A DNA stretch of 63,798 nucleotides, the filler included, from Octopus bimaculoides (Eukaryota), in the NCBI RefSeq assembly GCF_001194135.2. It is 5 parts of 4 records of this genome, joined end to end, with 100 filler letters (N's around TTAATTAATTAA, not from the genome) between each part and the next. Parts side by side here need not be neighbours in the genome. Positions count along the whole stretch, not along the records: positions 21,690 to 37,931 come from NC_068997.1; 4 more parts are not named here. The stretch is one strand, 5' to 3'. This document shows, piece by piece, positions 26,540 to 38,031 of the stretch (its first letter is position 1; each line of letters opens with the position of its first letter). The notes under the pieces are model-generated. The model was given only the letters and a program-made list of their open reading frames with translations. It had not been told where the DNA came from and searched no databases. The position numbers were made by a program, and so were the translations under genes.

Positions 26540-27440
26540 GTAGCTTAGAGTAGTTTACAACAGCCAGTTACTGGAGAAGTTTAAGGTGTAGCTTATAGCA
26601 ATCAATACACCGCAAACTACCTGAGAATGAAGAAGTCAGATACACTGACAAGACCATAAAAAGGTGGCAGGAAGTGGGAGCCCCAATGAAGCAGTGGAGG
26701 AAACTGAAACACACTGGAAGTACCAAAAGATTGTAGAATTAGTCTAACAATGAATCAATGCCAATGCCGGAGGTAAGACAGAGCTTATAGCACAGATGGT
26801 TTGCAAGGCAACAAAAGATTGCCATGTAAAAGTGACAGACAAACCCTGCTACTTTTACAGTAGAATCAACAAAATCAGACACTTGAGTGACCACTGTACT
26901 GGAGGAAATTCTAGAGTACTGGCCTGGGAAAGCTGTTTTACCTCCTGAGTACTGTCACTGACCTCTTACCAATCCCAAATAACCATAAAATCTGAGGGAA
27001 AAGAAGATCCATCCTGCAAGCCATGCACCCTGCACTATATTTTGATTAGAAGACTTAGGGCACTCTAAAAAGACTTATACAAGTGAAGTCAAGATAAGTA
27101 AATTTCCTAGTAAATTTCCTTGCAGACTTAAGACCAATGCACAACAGGTGTCACCACTCAAAGGTGATTATCCTAAGACAAAAGCAATTGTGAGGGACCC
27201 ATTTTCTATTTTGCATCAAGGCTCTGACTATGAGAAGCAAGTGAACTTGAAGCTACCCTTCAAGTTCACTCATGTTTCTTTGATGAGGTGGCAGTGACAT
27301 CATTTCAACCAGACATGGTTCTTCTATCCAAAAGTCATAGCAGCTGAGAACAGTACAAGGTGGTAGTTGACAAGAGATTGCAGATGAAACTTTTATGTAG
27401 GTGAAGGCTAATTCAGTCCTAATTGCCTATCATCCTAAGA
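26540..27440 (+). mobile_element. HERO/NeSL-like RLE non-LTR retrotransposon relic
   Basis: GRKW...EAVEET, GKLFYLLSTVTDLLPIPNN..I*GKEDPSCKPC..YIL, PDMVLLSKS. Heavily decayed. Confidence 0.5.
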
Positions 27441-27559
27441 TACCTGCTGAAGATACACGATGGTTCTAAATGATGCATAACTTTAGTCACTAAGAGGAAA
27501 CAAGCTTACAATATTTTTAAGCATCCCTGGTGTTTATTTTACTTCATATATATATTTTA

Positions 27560-29475
27560 CTTCATATAAATATGAAGCAATCGACAGTCTTATTGAAGAT
27601 GAAATATCAAAACTAGCAACCGGCAACATAAAAGAAAAAATGCGCAAACTATGGGTCAAAGATATCTCCAAAGAAGAGAACAAATAAAGAAAATTATGGC
27701 AGCAGAAAGAACTATTCCTGGATAAATATTCTACCAACTACGGTAAAGAATTTAGAACCCAGAGAAATAACAGTAAAAAAGAACAATCTCACCAACGTAA
27801 CAAAAGCCAGAGCATGAGGCAACATGAACGCCCATTCCGCCAGGAATCAAAGAGGAACTATGGTAAGAACTCTTCCCTTTTTGTACGCAAACACCCTAAT
27901 GTACACATTATGAACAAAAAACATGAACAAAATAAATATTTCTCTGATCAGACCATTAGACGTAGGAACAACAGATCATTTTCAAAGCCTCAACAAAGAC
28001 TACCTACAAAAANNNNNNNNNNNNNNNNNNNNNNNNNNNNNNNNNNNNNNNNNNNNNNNNNNNNNNNNNNNNNNNNNNNNNNNNNNNNNNNNNNNNNNNN
28101 NNNNNNNNNNNNNNNNNNNNNNNNNNNNNNNNNNNNNNNNNNNNNNNNNNNNNNNNNNNNNNNNNNNNNNNNNNNNNNNNNNNNNNNNNNNNNNNNNNNN
28201 NNNNNNNNNNNNNNNNNNNNNNNNNNNNNNNNNNNNNNNNCAATATTAACAAATTGAAAAGGAAGATGTATAATTCCGAAAATAGGATGGAAAACATAAC
28301 AATGCCAGGTAAAATAACACAACAAAAACACAAACTTCAAGTCAACACTAACAAAAATAGAAACCATAAACAGAAAAAAATTCATTTTTTAATGTCAGGA
28401 CAACAAACACTGGAGAAGGAAACATCCCAAGAGGAAACATACCCAAAACAACTGGACATATAGATCCTAAGATAATTAATCTTTCCAGAAGAGATTTTGA
28501 CAATGATGAAACCCAACTTTTGTTAAAAGGCTTGAAATTTACACCTACACCAGCAGTCAACTACCATGAACTAAAGGAAGATATCCAGAAATTCTGTCGC
28601 AAGTTACGACTTGTGGAATTCTTCACCACCAATATTAATAATAATAATAATGAAACCAAAGATTCTTTAGTGAGGAATAAATCAAATTTCACCCCGCCAA
28701 AAGGCAGAAATATCTACCTTGACATATATATTGACACCCTGTCAAACTTCCCCCTTAAACAAAATACCAAAGTTAGGCCGAACATTAACAAATTAGAGAT
28801 ATCTGCACTTAAACACGTACAAAATGATGAAACAATAATAATTAAACAAGCAGATAAAGGGGGTGCAATCATTATCATGGACGTGGAATATTACAAGGAT
28901 TTGGTTGAGGAACAACTGAAGGATACAACCTTCTATTGTGAAATACCCTCGAATATAGACCACCACATCATGAAGAAGATCAACCACCTGGTTTCTAAAT
29001 ACTACAACTCACTCACTGACAACGAAAGAGACTACATCACCAATTTCGAACCAAAACCCAGTAATTTTTACGGTTTACCTAAAATACATAAGTCAGAAGA
29101 TATTCAACAGGCAGTAAAAGAACAAGGAAGTGAATACATAAAAGTGCTATATCCAAAAGATTTAAAACTTAGAACAATTATAGCTGGCCCAGCATGCCCC
29201 ACTCACCGTCTAAGCAATTTCATCGACATTCTTTTGAAGCCACTATGTACCTACATACCCAGCTTCATTCGGGGTGACATTGACTTTCTATCCCATCTTC
29301 CCAAAACCACTGAAACAAATTCAATCCTACTAAACTTTGATGTAGTAAGTCTATACACCAATATCCCACATGATTTAGGAATAAAGGCGATCAAATACTG
29401 GGTAGATAAACATAGAGAAGCAATTCCCAACAGATTCACGGTGACATTTATACTAGACTCAGTGAGACTTATTCT
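27560..29475 (+). mobile_element. Penelope-like element (PLE) N-terminal region and RT, 3'-truncated
   Basis: Frame is open from 28370: IINLSRRDF..LLLKGLKFTPTP, IIIKQADKGGAIIIMD, FYGLPKIHK, LRTIIAGP, LLNFDVVSLYTNIP. It stops before the GxxMG and YxDD motifs. Confidence 0.92.
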
Positions 29476-29752
29476 TTCTGCTGTCAAAGCCCTTCTTGAA
29501 AATTATTCAGATGTCCTCATTTCTTTACAAGAGGCAACAAATGAGTTTGGTACTAACATTGCATCCAGAGCTAATAGTATTCTTACGTGTCTCTCTACAG
29601 GCCAATGTATTCTTGGATTGCATGTTGTAGTTCCATTACTTCAACTCCTTGAAGGATTGAACAAATCTTTTCAAAATACTACCATTAATTTAGGTGGCAT
29701 GTTGCAAAGTGTCAAACTGGCGCAGGAAGAGATAAAAAAATCTATGCAGTGA
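28520..29752 (+). pseudogene. 410-aa chimeric ORF: PLE RT fragment fused in frame to an internal hAT transposase segment
   Basis: Longest non-N ORF in the track. Character switches at VRLIL|SAVKALLENY (about 29475/29476). Confidence 0.75.
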
Positions 29753-30383
29753 AGAAAAATTTCAGCTGCTCAATACAGCAGAAAAAAATGATTTATCAAC
29801 TGAGTATTTCTCCTTTGAAGCTACCCAGGCAATAAAAAGTTCCTAAAAGATACCTGGAAGGAAATGCATTAAAATATCAACACTGTACTGTTTTGGATCA
29901 TTACAGAGTGCAGTAACTGCAAGAAGTGAATACTGCAATAGCAAATTTGAAAGATAATTTCTTTTCACAGGATTTAGCAGATTATGAAAAAATGAGCAAT
30001 ATTTTACTCAATGGAAATTTTTGTACTGAAGTGATGATACTGTATATAGAGCTTGATGAATTTTCTTTAAGGAACGAAATACATTTTTATAGAAATCACC
30101 ATAGTGGCTCATCATAAAATATTCGGTGAAATACAACCACAAGTCCATCGCATGTTTCCAAATGTTGAGCGATTACTCAAGCTACTTTTAGTGTTTCAAA
30201 CCAGTTCTTGTTAAGCTGAAAGATATTTTAGCACTCTGCAGAGACTCAAAACTTGGCTGGTTGAATCATATTCTAATATGCCATGTTCATAGAGATGTTT
30301 TGAAAAAGATTAGTTGTGGAGAAGTTGCTAAATTATTTATCAACAGCAATGATGCGAGATATAATATATTTGGAAAGTTCTAA
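29476..30383 (+). mobile_element. hAT transposase 3' half (Tip100/ZMYM1-like)
   Basis: ALLENYSDVLISLQE...LLEGLNKSFQ; dimerisation domain MFPNVERLLKLLL...AERYFSTLQRLKTWL-LNHILICHVHRD...IFGKF*. Confidence 0.8.
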
Positions 30384-30637
30384 AAGACAATAAACTTGCT
30401 TCATATTTTTTTCTTCAAAAGTCTGTTTTATTTTTTGTTTATTTGATATAATAAATTCTTTTGAAGCTTATTTTTTTATGTCTAAACTTCATTTGAATAT
30501 ATAAGATTTAATTAGCGTAAAATTTTACTTATGTGATAGGGTCCAGGAAAGGCACCATAAGCAATACTAACGTGCTCCTTTAAGAATCAACAAATGTTGA
30601 TTTGTCCCCCTCACATTTGTAAGGTAAAGGAGGCCCC

Positions 30638-30960
30638 TACATGTTTGGACTATTACATAAGCCATTCACTGTGTTTTGTCATGGTGAAAATTTTTAGCTG
30701 GTGTGGATACCTCTAGATCAGTTCACAGCATCATTGTATGGTAACTGAAATAGCATAAAAGAAACCTCTTTGATCAGTTCGCAGCATCACCTGCCTGGTG
30801 TCTGTGACCGAAGAGGAGATAACTACTCCGAAATGCTGGCATCTCTAGGTAAATGACTCTGTGAACTGATCTAGGTGTATCCACACCATTTGTCTACGGC
30901 TAGAAATTTTCTCCATGGCAAAATACAGTGAATGGCTTGTTTACAAGTCCAAATGTGCTA
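30638..30960. mobile_element. MITE with ~100-bp imperfect TIRs
   Basis: Left TTTGGACT..AAGCCATTCACTGT-TTTTG-CATGG-GAAAATTT-TAGC..TGGTGTGGATAC..TAGATCAGTTCACAG is mirrored at the right end; TA lies just outside both arms. Confidence 0.8.
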
Positions 30961-31337
30961 TTAGCATATTCAAACTGGTAATAACATTGCATTGTTGGCT
31001 AAGTTATTTTATTCATTGATTTTTGGACTGTTGGACCACTGGAATTGCTCTGGGCCCTTAACAAGATTCCTCTACTCACCCAAAGAAGTAATACACTATA
31101 GCTACTAATAAAACAAAGTAGGTGGATTTAAACAGCTATAAAAACATTTACACCAACATAAAGCAATACATAAATATTATTTCTTCACTGAGATAAATAT
31201 ATCCATGACCTTTGCAATGGGTATGTAGGAAGCATTANNNNNNNNNNNNNNNNNNNNNNNNNNNNNNNNNNNNNNNNNNNNNNNNNNNNNNNNNNNNNNN
31301 NNNNNNNNNNNNNNNNNNNNNNNNNNNNNNNNNNNNN

Positions 31338-31398
31338 TAGGATTTTCGAGCGAGATCGTTGCCGGTGCCCCTGGACTGGCTCACGTGCGGGCGACACA
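31338..31398 (+). repeat. Copy of the family D 62-bp unit next to a gap
   Basis: TTTTCGAGCGAGATCGTTGCCGGTGCCCCTGGACTGGCTC matches 21738-21777. An inverted copy lies at 23359-23410. Confidence 0.8.
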
Positions 31399-31399
31399 T

Positions 31400-31560
31400 T
31401 TAGTTGAATGAATCGACCCCAGTACTTTTTTTTTAAGTTTGGTATTTTTCCTACTGGTCTCTTTGGCAGAGTTGCTAAGTTATGGGGATGTAAACACACC
31501 AACACCAGTTGTCAAGTTGTGAAGTGGCGACAAACACAGACACAAAGACACACAATTATA
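31400..31560 (-). mobile_element. SINE family B, 3' half, CpG-decayed
   Basis: GCTAAGTTATGGGGATGTAAACACACCAACACCAGTTGTCAAG versus GCTAAGTTACGGGGACGTAAACACACCAGCATCGGTTGTCAAG at 55206. Confidence 0.75.
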
Positions 31561-31566
31561 TATATA

Positions 31567-32055
31567 TACAAGGGGGTACCCAAAAGTAACCAGAAATGTT
31601 CTTTGTGGGACAAGTCCGTTGTAGTTCAGGTTTCTGCCACTAGAAGCCACTTGATGCAACCCTGAGGCATCAGTTTGTTGACTGGCATCGTCAAGTGAAG
31701 TTGTACTGCCACATGGTGCATTTTTGATTTGTAGTGCTTCTCCCCTGTTTGTCAATTTTTGTGATGGCTGAAATCAAAGAACAGCATGCTTCAGTGAAAT
31801 TCCGTTTTCTTCTGGGGAAAACAGTGGCCAGAACAGTTGTCATGCTTCAAACAACTTACAAGGACACTGCCATGAGCAAAACACAAGTTTATGAGTGGTT
31901 TCCATGCTTTAGGAATGGTCACTTGTTGCTTGAAGACCAACCTTGTTCAGGATGACTGTTGACTTTCTGAACAAATGAAAACATCATGAAAATTCATGAA
32001 CTGATCTTGGAGGACTGTCGCCAAACAACTGACGCACTTGTTAATATGACTGGTG
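31567..32055 (+). mobile_element. mariner 5' fragment
   Basis: TA-CAAGGGGGTACCCAAAAGTAACC TIR; MAEIKEQHASVKFRFLLGKT...MSKTQVYEWFPCFRNG..LEDQPCSG (HTH region). Confidence 0.85.
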
Positions 32056-32225
32056 CCACATAAAAAGCACCTAGTACACTCTGTGTAGTGGTTGGTGTTA
32101 GGAAGGGCATCCTTCCATAGAAATCATGTCAGAACAGCCTGGTCCATTGCCTTACCAGCTATGGTCAAACTGACCAACCCATGCTACCATGGAAAACTGA
32201 TGTTAAATGTTGATGATGATGATGG
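32056..32225 (+). mobile_element. Family D-type tail
   Basis: GTGGTTGGTGTTAGGAAGGGCATCC...ACCCATGCTACCATGGAAAAC.GATGTTAAATGTTGATGATGAT. Confidence 0.7.
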
Positions 32226-33523
32226 TGGTGTCATTCACACATTATATATATGTTGTTTAGTGTAATTGAACAAAAATAAATTATTAAATATTTTGTAGAC
32301 AGTTATGACTTAGATATCCTATTCATCTCATTGTTTTAGTCCATCTTCAAAGTGATCAATGGTCAATGATCCTAAACAACTTAAAAATTATATTTGAAGG
32401 GCATTTAAATCACAAACAGCATTATGAAAATTTGTTAGGATCTTCAAGTTGCTTTTCAATATGGCCCTTATTTTGAATTTTATTTCAAAATCCAAGTAAA
32501 ATTAAGAAATTATAAGTTAAAATTTGAGTTAGAACTCATCTTATCACAACTTACACCAACAGTTCATGATAACCATATTTTGTAAAAGTGCTATCATATC
32601 CAAGTTTTCAAGAACTAACTTCATAGTCTTGGGGAACTCTCTTGAGTTTCAGATTCAGATTTTACAACTAGTAATATGACATCTTTCAACTTTGCAAACA
32701 ATGTTCAGCAGGAAAAAAACTAAAACCATCAATAGACCATGATTAGCATAACATTTTCCAACTAAATTGAGAGAATGTTTACTACAGTTTTGAAAACTTT
32801 TTTGTAATTTATAACAGTTTAATAATAGCATTCCGTCTTTTACAAATTGAACCAAATTTACTTGTTAAAATACAGCTAATATAATTAATCAATGCTGATG
32901 AAAAACTAAGTTTCTCAAGAAATTTCTTTATAAAACCACATATTTTTTTAAAATCTGTTGATTCATTTGTTAATACTGAGTATCGTACCTTCTTAAAGTC
33001 ACCAAGCAAAGTCAGAAATACATGCATTTTGTTCAATGACACTTAACTTTTTAAGCACACCCCCTTTACTGCAGCTTATTTTTAGGTCAATCTGGTGATC
33101 AGTGACATGCCTTTTATTTAATTACAAATTTTTCACTTTTTGTGTTCTAGCTTTTGCAAATATAATTGATATTAGATTTGAATTTGTTTTAAAGATTTCT
33201 GATTATCATTTTCAGTAGATTAGAATATATATGTTTATATGTAGCAGCTGCAATTTTGCATACTCTACATTTATTCTTCCACATAGCTACTGGATCCTTT
33301 GTAAAATGATGCAGTGGAAGAGATCAGAAAGGTTTTTAGTTTATATTTTATTTATTCATTTATTTATTTTGAAGGAAGTGAGCTGTCAGATGCTTATAGG
33401 TTCTTCCTAGGCTTTTTGGTACAGTTTATGGATTGAACCCCATACATACACGTAACCACACTTATAATACCTCAATTACAGTTTAATAAGAAAACACTGA
33501 ATACTATACAATACATCGTACTG

Positions 33524-34816
33524 TAGAGGGTGTCCCAGAAAGATTGATCCATGTTCAAAACTCTTCCTAAAGAATATCAGTTCAGGTAATATTATCTACA
33601 TTTTACATAAAGATTTGCATATGTCTTTTGTTCATATGTCTATTGTTTCGTTTGTCTATAACAGGTTTGTAAATAAACATGGTGTCAAAAGCAAAACATG
33701 ATCAAATTGTTGCTTTGAAAACAGCTGGAGTAAGCAACAAAGACATAGCAAAACAGTTGAATGTATGCAGTAAAGCAGTATTCAATTCCTGGAAACAATA
33801 TATGAAGTCCATTACTACCTCTAGCAAGCCAATTGCTGGTAGGAAATGATAAATTCATACCAAACAAACTGTTGAAGCTGTGAAGAAGTAAATGAACTGA
33901 AATCTCTGCAGGAGTACAAGAAAAGCTGCAAAAGCTCTTGATATTTCGAAATTGTCAATGCACAGAATTTTTAAGGAGGATTTAAGCTAACTGCATACAA
34001 GAAATAATCCTGGAAATTAATTTCAGCAGCTTCCAAGACAAAACGGCACAACAAGGTTAAAACCGTGATAGCTGAGATGAAGCATGCTGCTAACAATGTG
34101 TTGATCTGGTCTGATGAGAAGATCTTCACTGCGGAGGCAGTTACCAACAGGCAGAATGACAGGCTTTATGCATATAATGAAGCACACTTGTCCAAAGCAG
34201 GAGCCATTTACACTGTCAGAAGCCAGCTTCACTCATGGTGTGGGCTGCATTTGCATCTGACAGATCCAAGTCTCCCTTGATCTTCATTGATGTTAGCGTC
34301 AAAGTCAACAGTGAAGTTTATGTGGAAATGTTGGATGAGAAAGTGTTACCCTGGGTCACAGAAACCTTTAGGACTGTTACATCTTCTCTCAAGACGGCTT
34401 TGGCCCATTCATCCAATTTGACACAGAAGTGGTGCAAAAAGTGTTTCAGCGGTTTTTGGGACGAGACGATATGACCTCTCTCAAACCCAGACATCAGTTC
34501 CATGGACTTTGCTATCTGGTCTGTCTTAGAGAGTAATGTTTCTATTCACTCCTATTCAAATGTGTCAGATCTGAACAAAGCCCTTCTGTCTTCATGGGTC
34601 AAGTTAGATGAAGAGGTGCTACAGCACTCATGCAACTCAGTGACCACTCGTTTGCAGGTTATGATCAAGGTGAAAGGTGGTCATTTTGAAATGTAATTAC
34701 TGCAATGGAGTGGCAATTTACATTAGAACATGTGTGCCAAATTTCATTATCCTACCTTAAGTTTATTTTGAATAATTAAAAAATAACAATGGGTAAATCT
34801 TTCTGGGATGCAGCTA
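33524..34816 (+). mobile_element. Near full-length Tc1/mariner of maT (DD37D-like) type, inactivated
   Basis: Coding relic ~33679-34696: LIWSDEKIF..NRQNDRLY..MVWAAF..SNPDISSMDFAIWSVLE..KGGHFEM*. Degenerate TIRs: GTGTCCCAGAAAGATTGATCC and GGGTAAATCTTTTCTGGGATG. Confidence 0.88.
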
Positions 34817-35677
34817 ATCTGTGGGATCAATGCTGACCTGAGGCTGAAACAACAAAATCCAATGCAGTTTTTGATTTGTTTTAGATCATATAATAATGGT
34901 GAGCACACATTTTACTGTTGAAAAGAAGTGGAAAAAAACTTCCAAATAAATTAAAGTAAATTGTGATAGAAGCCAGAAGTGATGACAGTGACATTCCATA
35001 ATTTCATGTAAACAATGTATGCGGCTTGGCAATTGGTTCCCAAACTGCATTGCAAGATGTAAATTGGTGTGCCTTGAAAAAGTAAGATTATATTTCAAAA
35101 TATGAAAAATACAAACTGAAATTCACTAGAAAGTTCATATATAAATGTCAAAGTGGTAAAAAACTAAATACTAAGTTCTAGACTAAGAATGAGATGTGGT
35201 CGTGTCATTCAATTCATTTAAGCTAATTATGGTATGACAGCATTATTCAATTTTGAATCTGAAATTTCATAAGGATAAGAACTAAATTAACATCAATCTA
35301 TCCTTGAAATTGATGTCTTATGAACATATTCAGTGCATGGCTGTTTCAGTTTATTTCGGTCGTAGCCTCAACAGTTTTCATTTCAATAATAAATATGAAA
35401 AAATAAGCTATTGAACTAAAATATACGATGTTGAAATAAATCTTTTTATATGTCCTCACATATTGCGGCTGAATTTCAATGTTTTTCATTCATATAGTGC
35501 GAGAATTTTCATCTTTTCAATTAATTTTGAAAGACTTCTCAAAAGAGTCCGATAATATGTGACACACTGCCACTTTTCACAGCTCACTGGTCACTTGTGT
35601 CAGTCTCAGTTTGACTCTGTTAGTAATCTGTGCTCTTTGTGCGAGACAATTCCTATTAACAGACTAAATTAAATAAA

Positions 35678-36653
35678 ATGGAAAAGTTTATTAAGCGGAA
35701 ATATAACCATGACCATTATGAATCTGAAAGTGAACATTTGTCAAAAGCAATTAAGCATAGTGATAATAATGCGAAAGCTCAACCCAGTTGTAAATATTGG
35801 ACTGGCAATGAAGGTCAAACTCTTCTGCTGTGTCTTGTTTGTGGTGTTGCCTAGCAAGTTGAAAAGACATTTTACAACTAAACACTCACATTTTCAATGT
35901 AAAGATCTGAATTATTTCCAAAGACTGCTAGAACAGCAATCTAAACAAAGAAACTATTTTAAAAAAGGATGAATGCTTCTGAAAAGGTTCAAGTCATGTC
36001 TATTGAGATATCTGAAATGGTTGCACTACAAACGAAATCACATACTTTAGCTGAGTCGATTATCTTACTCGCTGTAGAAAGATGGTTAAAACCATGTTAG
36101 GTGATGAAGCTGAGCAAGAAATAAGCAAGATTCTGCTCTCAAATAATATTGTCCATAGGAGAATTATGGATTTATCTGGTGATATAGAGGGAAATGTACA
36201 GAACAAACTTCAGAACTCAGAATTTGCTCAATAGGTTGGCGAATCAACTGACATTAGCAACAAAGCACATTTACTTACATTTACTTGCTTTATTGATGAT
36301 AACCAAATCATGAATCAGTTCTTTTGTTGTGAAGAAATGCCACTCACTACAAGTGGTTAGGATATTTTTGACATTTTATTTGCCTACCTTGAAAAATGGA
36401 ATTTATTCTGGAATTCATGTGTTGGAGTATGTACCAATGGGGCACCATCTATGATAGGCACTATTAAAGGTTTTGTATCACTCGTGCAACAGCAAAATCC
36501 TAATGTTATATGTACTCATTGTTTCCAACATAGCGAGGTACTAGTTTCAAAAACAATAGCTAAAGCAAGTATTAAATGGTTAGTCATATTAAAAGAAGGC
36601 CAATGAAATGTTTATTTGAACAAATTTGTGTTGATATGGATTCCCAGCACAAG
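35678..36653 (+). mobile_element. hAT Buster/ZBED5-like transposase, N-terminal two-thirds, pseudogenised
   Basis: CLVC..PSKLKRHFTTKH (BED finger), KSHTLAESII, ESTDISNKAHLL, CVGVCTNGAPSMIG, THCFQHSEVLVSK. Confidence 0.9.
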
Positions 36654-36700
36654 CAGTGGCCCGGGAACAAAATTTGCTTAGGGGGTGCAAACTCAGTTTC

Positions 36701-37330
36701 AAAATTTGGCATTACTGGAGAAGTGTGGATCCGAGTTCTGGGAGTGTGCATGTCACAAATTTGCGCATGCACCTGCGTTAGTCGTAAGTAGTCGAATTTA
36801 GCACACAGGTAAAAAACGAGACGCGCGCTACTTGCTGTAAATGGAGGGTGGGTTATCCATCTAATACAAGAAAATTGCAGATAAATTGAATAAAAACATG
36901 AAAAATAACCAAATGATATTTCATTGAAAAGTAAACCATTCTGAAAGATAGTTCAGAATGTTTTCAAAACATTCATCTCCAGCTTTTCCCATATTTTATT
37001 AAGGATTAGGGTTAGGGTTTAAAGTTAGGGGAGGTGAATGTTTTTTCAGTATTCAATGATTATTTTTCACTTTTATATTCAACTTATCTGCAATTTTATT
37101 TTTGTATTACATGAATAACCCTGCTCCTTTTACAGCAAGTAGCACGCGTCCGAGCATCTCGTTGTTTACCTCTGTGTTAAAATCAACTAGTAGCGTGAAT
37201 CCGCGCGTCTCGTCATTTGCCTTGTGAGCTAAAATTAACTACTTACAACTAATGCGCGTGCACGTGCAAATTTGTGACATGCGCACTCTCAGAACTCAGG
37301 TCTACACTTCTGTAGTACCCAAAATTTTTA
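36701..37330. mobile_element. Foldback/MITE element, ~200-bp imperfect arms around a TTAGGG-containing core
   Basis: AGAAGTGT-GA-C-GAGTTCTG-GAGTG-GCATGTCACAAATTTGC...GCTACTTGCTGTAAA...AAATTGCAGATAA-TTGAATA is mirrored; the core contains ATTAGGGTTAGGGTTTAAAGTTAGGG. Confidence 0.8.
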
Positions 37331-37931
37331 CAAACAAGGTGAAGTTTTCTAACTTGGGTATCAAAACAAACAAATGTTCAATAATAATAACTTTTATTAT
37401 TATGAGGATCGACTGGAAAGTTAACAGGCTGATCAATATATTGTCATATAATGTGACCAAATGAAGTTCATTTTTAGATATTAGGATCTTTTCTGCTTGA
37501 TTTCACCTGCTGAAATTTTAAAATTAAGCGAAAATGTTCAAATTTGATATATTGGTGTAATTTTTCTCGTTGAATCTGATGCTATTCACTTATTCCAGAA
37601 AAACTTTAGAAAACTGTAACAGAGGTTTAAAGTTTGATCATTTTCCCCTCCATCACAGAACAGGATGTGGAAGCTGGCATTTTGTACAAGGTGACAACAT
37701 TACAATGTTAAAACATTCAATGATGGAAGTTTTGATAAAGTTTTGTGAAATGTTGGATAAACATACTGTTGGTTTAGTTCATGTGAACAATACACATTTT
37801 TGAAATTGGAATAAAATTGACGCAATTGAAAAGTGAAAATCAAACAGAAAGGATCATCTTCATACTTCTTTCAGCGATTCATTGCTTCGATTGCCTTGGA
37901 AAAGAAGCTATCCTGTTAGTTAAACAAGTTT

Positions 37932-38031
37932 NNNNNNNNNNNNNNNNNNNNNNNNNNNNNNNNNNNNNNNNNNNNTTAATTAATTAANNNNNNNNNNNNN
38001 NNNNNNNNNNNNNNNNNNNNNNNNNNNNNNN
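37932..38031. other. Artificial scaffold spacer (44 N + TTAATTAATTAA + 44 N)
   Basis: Same layout as 21590-21689. Confidence 0.95.

Noticed and set aside
37005-37032. TTAGGG repeats as a telomere or fusion scar
   Set aside because: Only 2-3 units, located at the centre of a foldback element.
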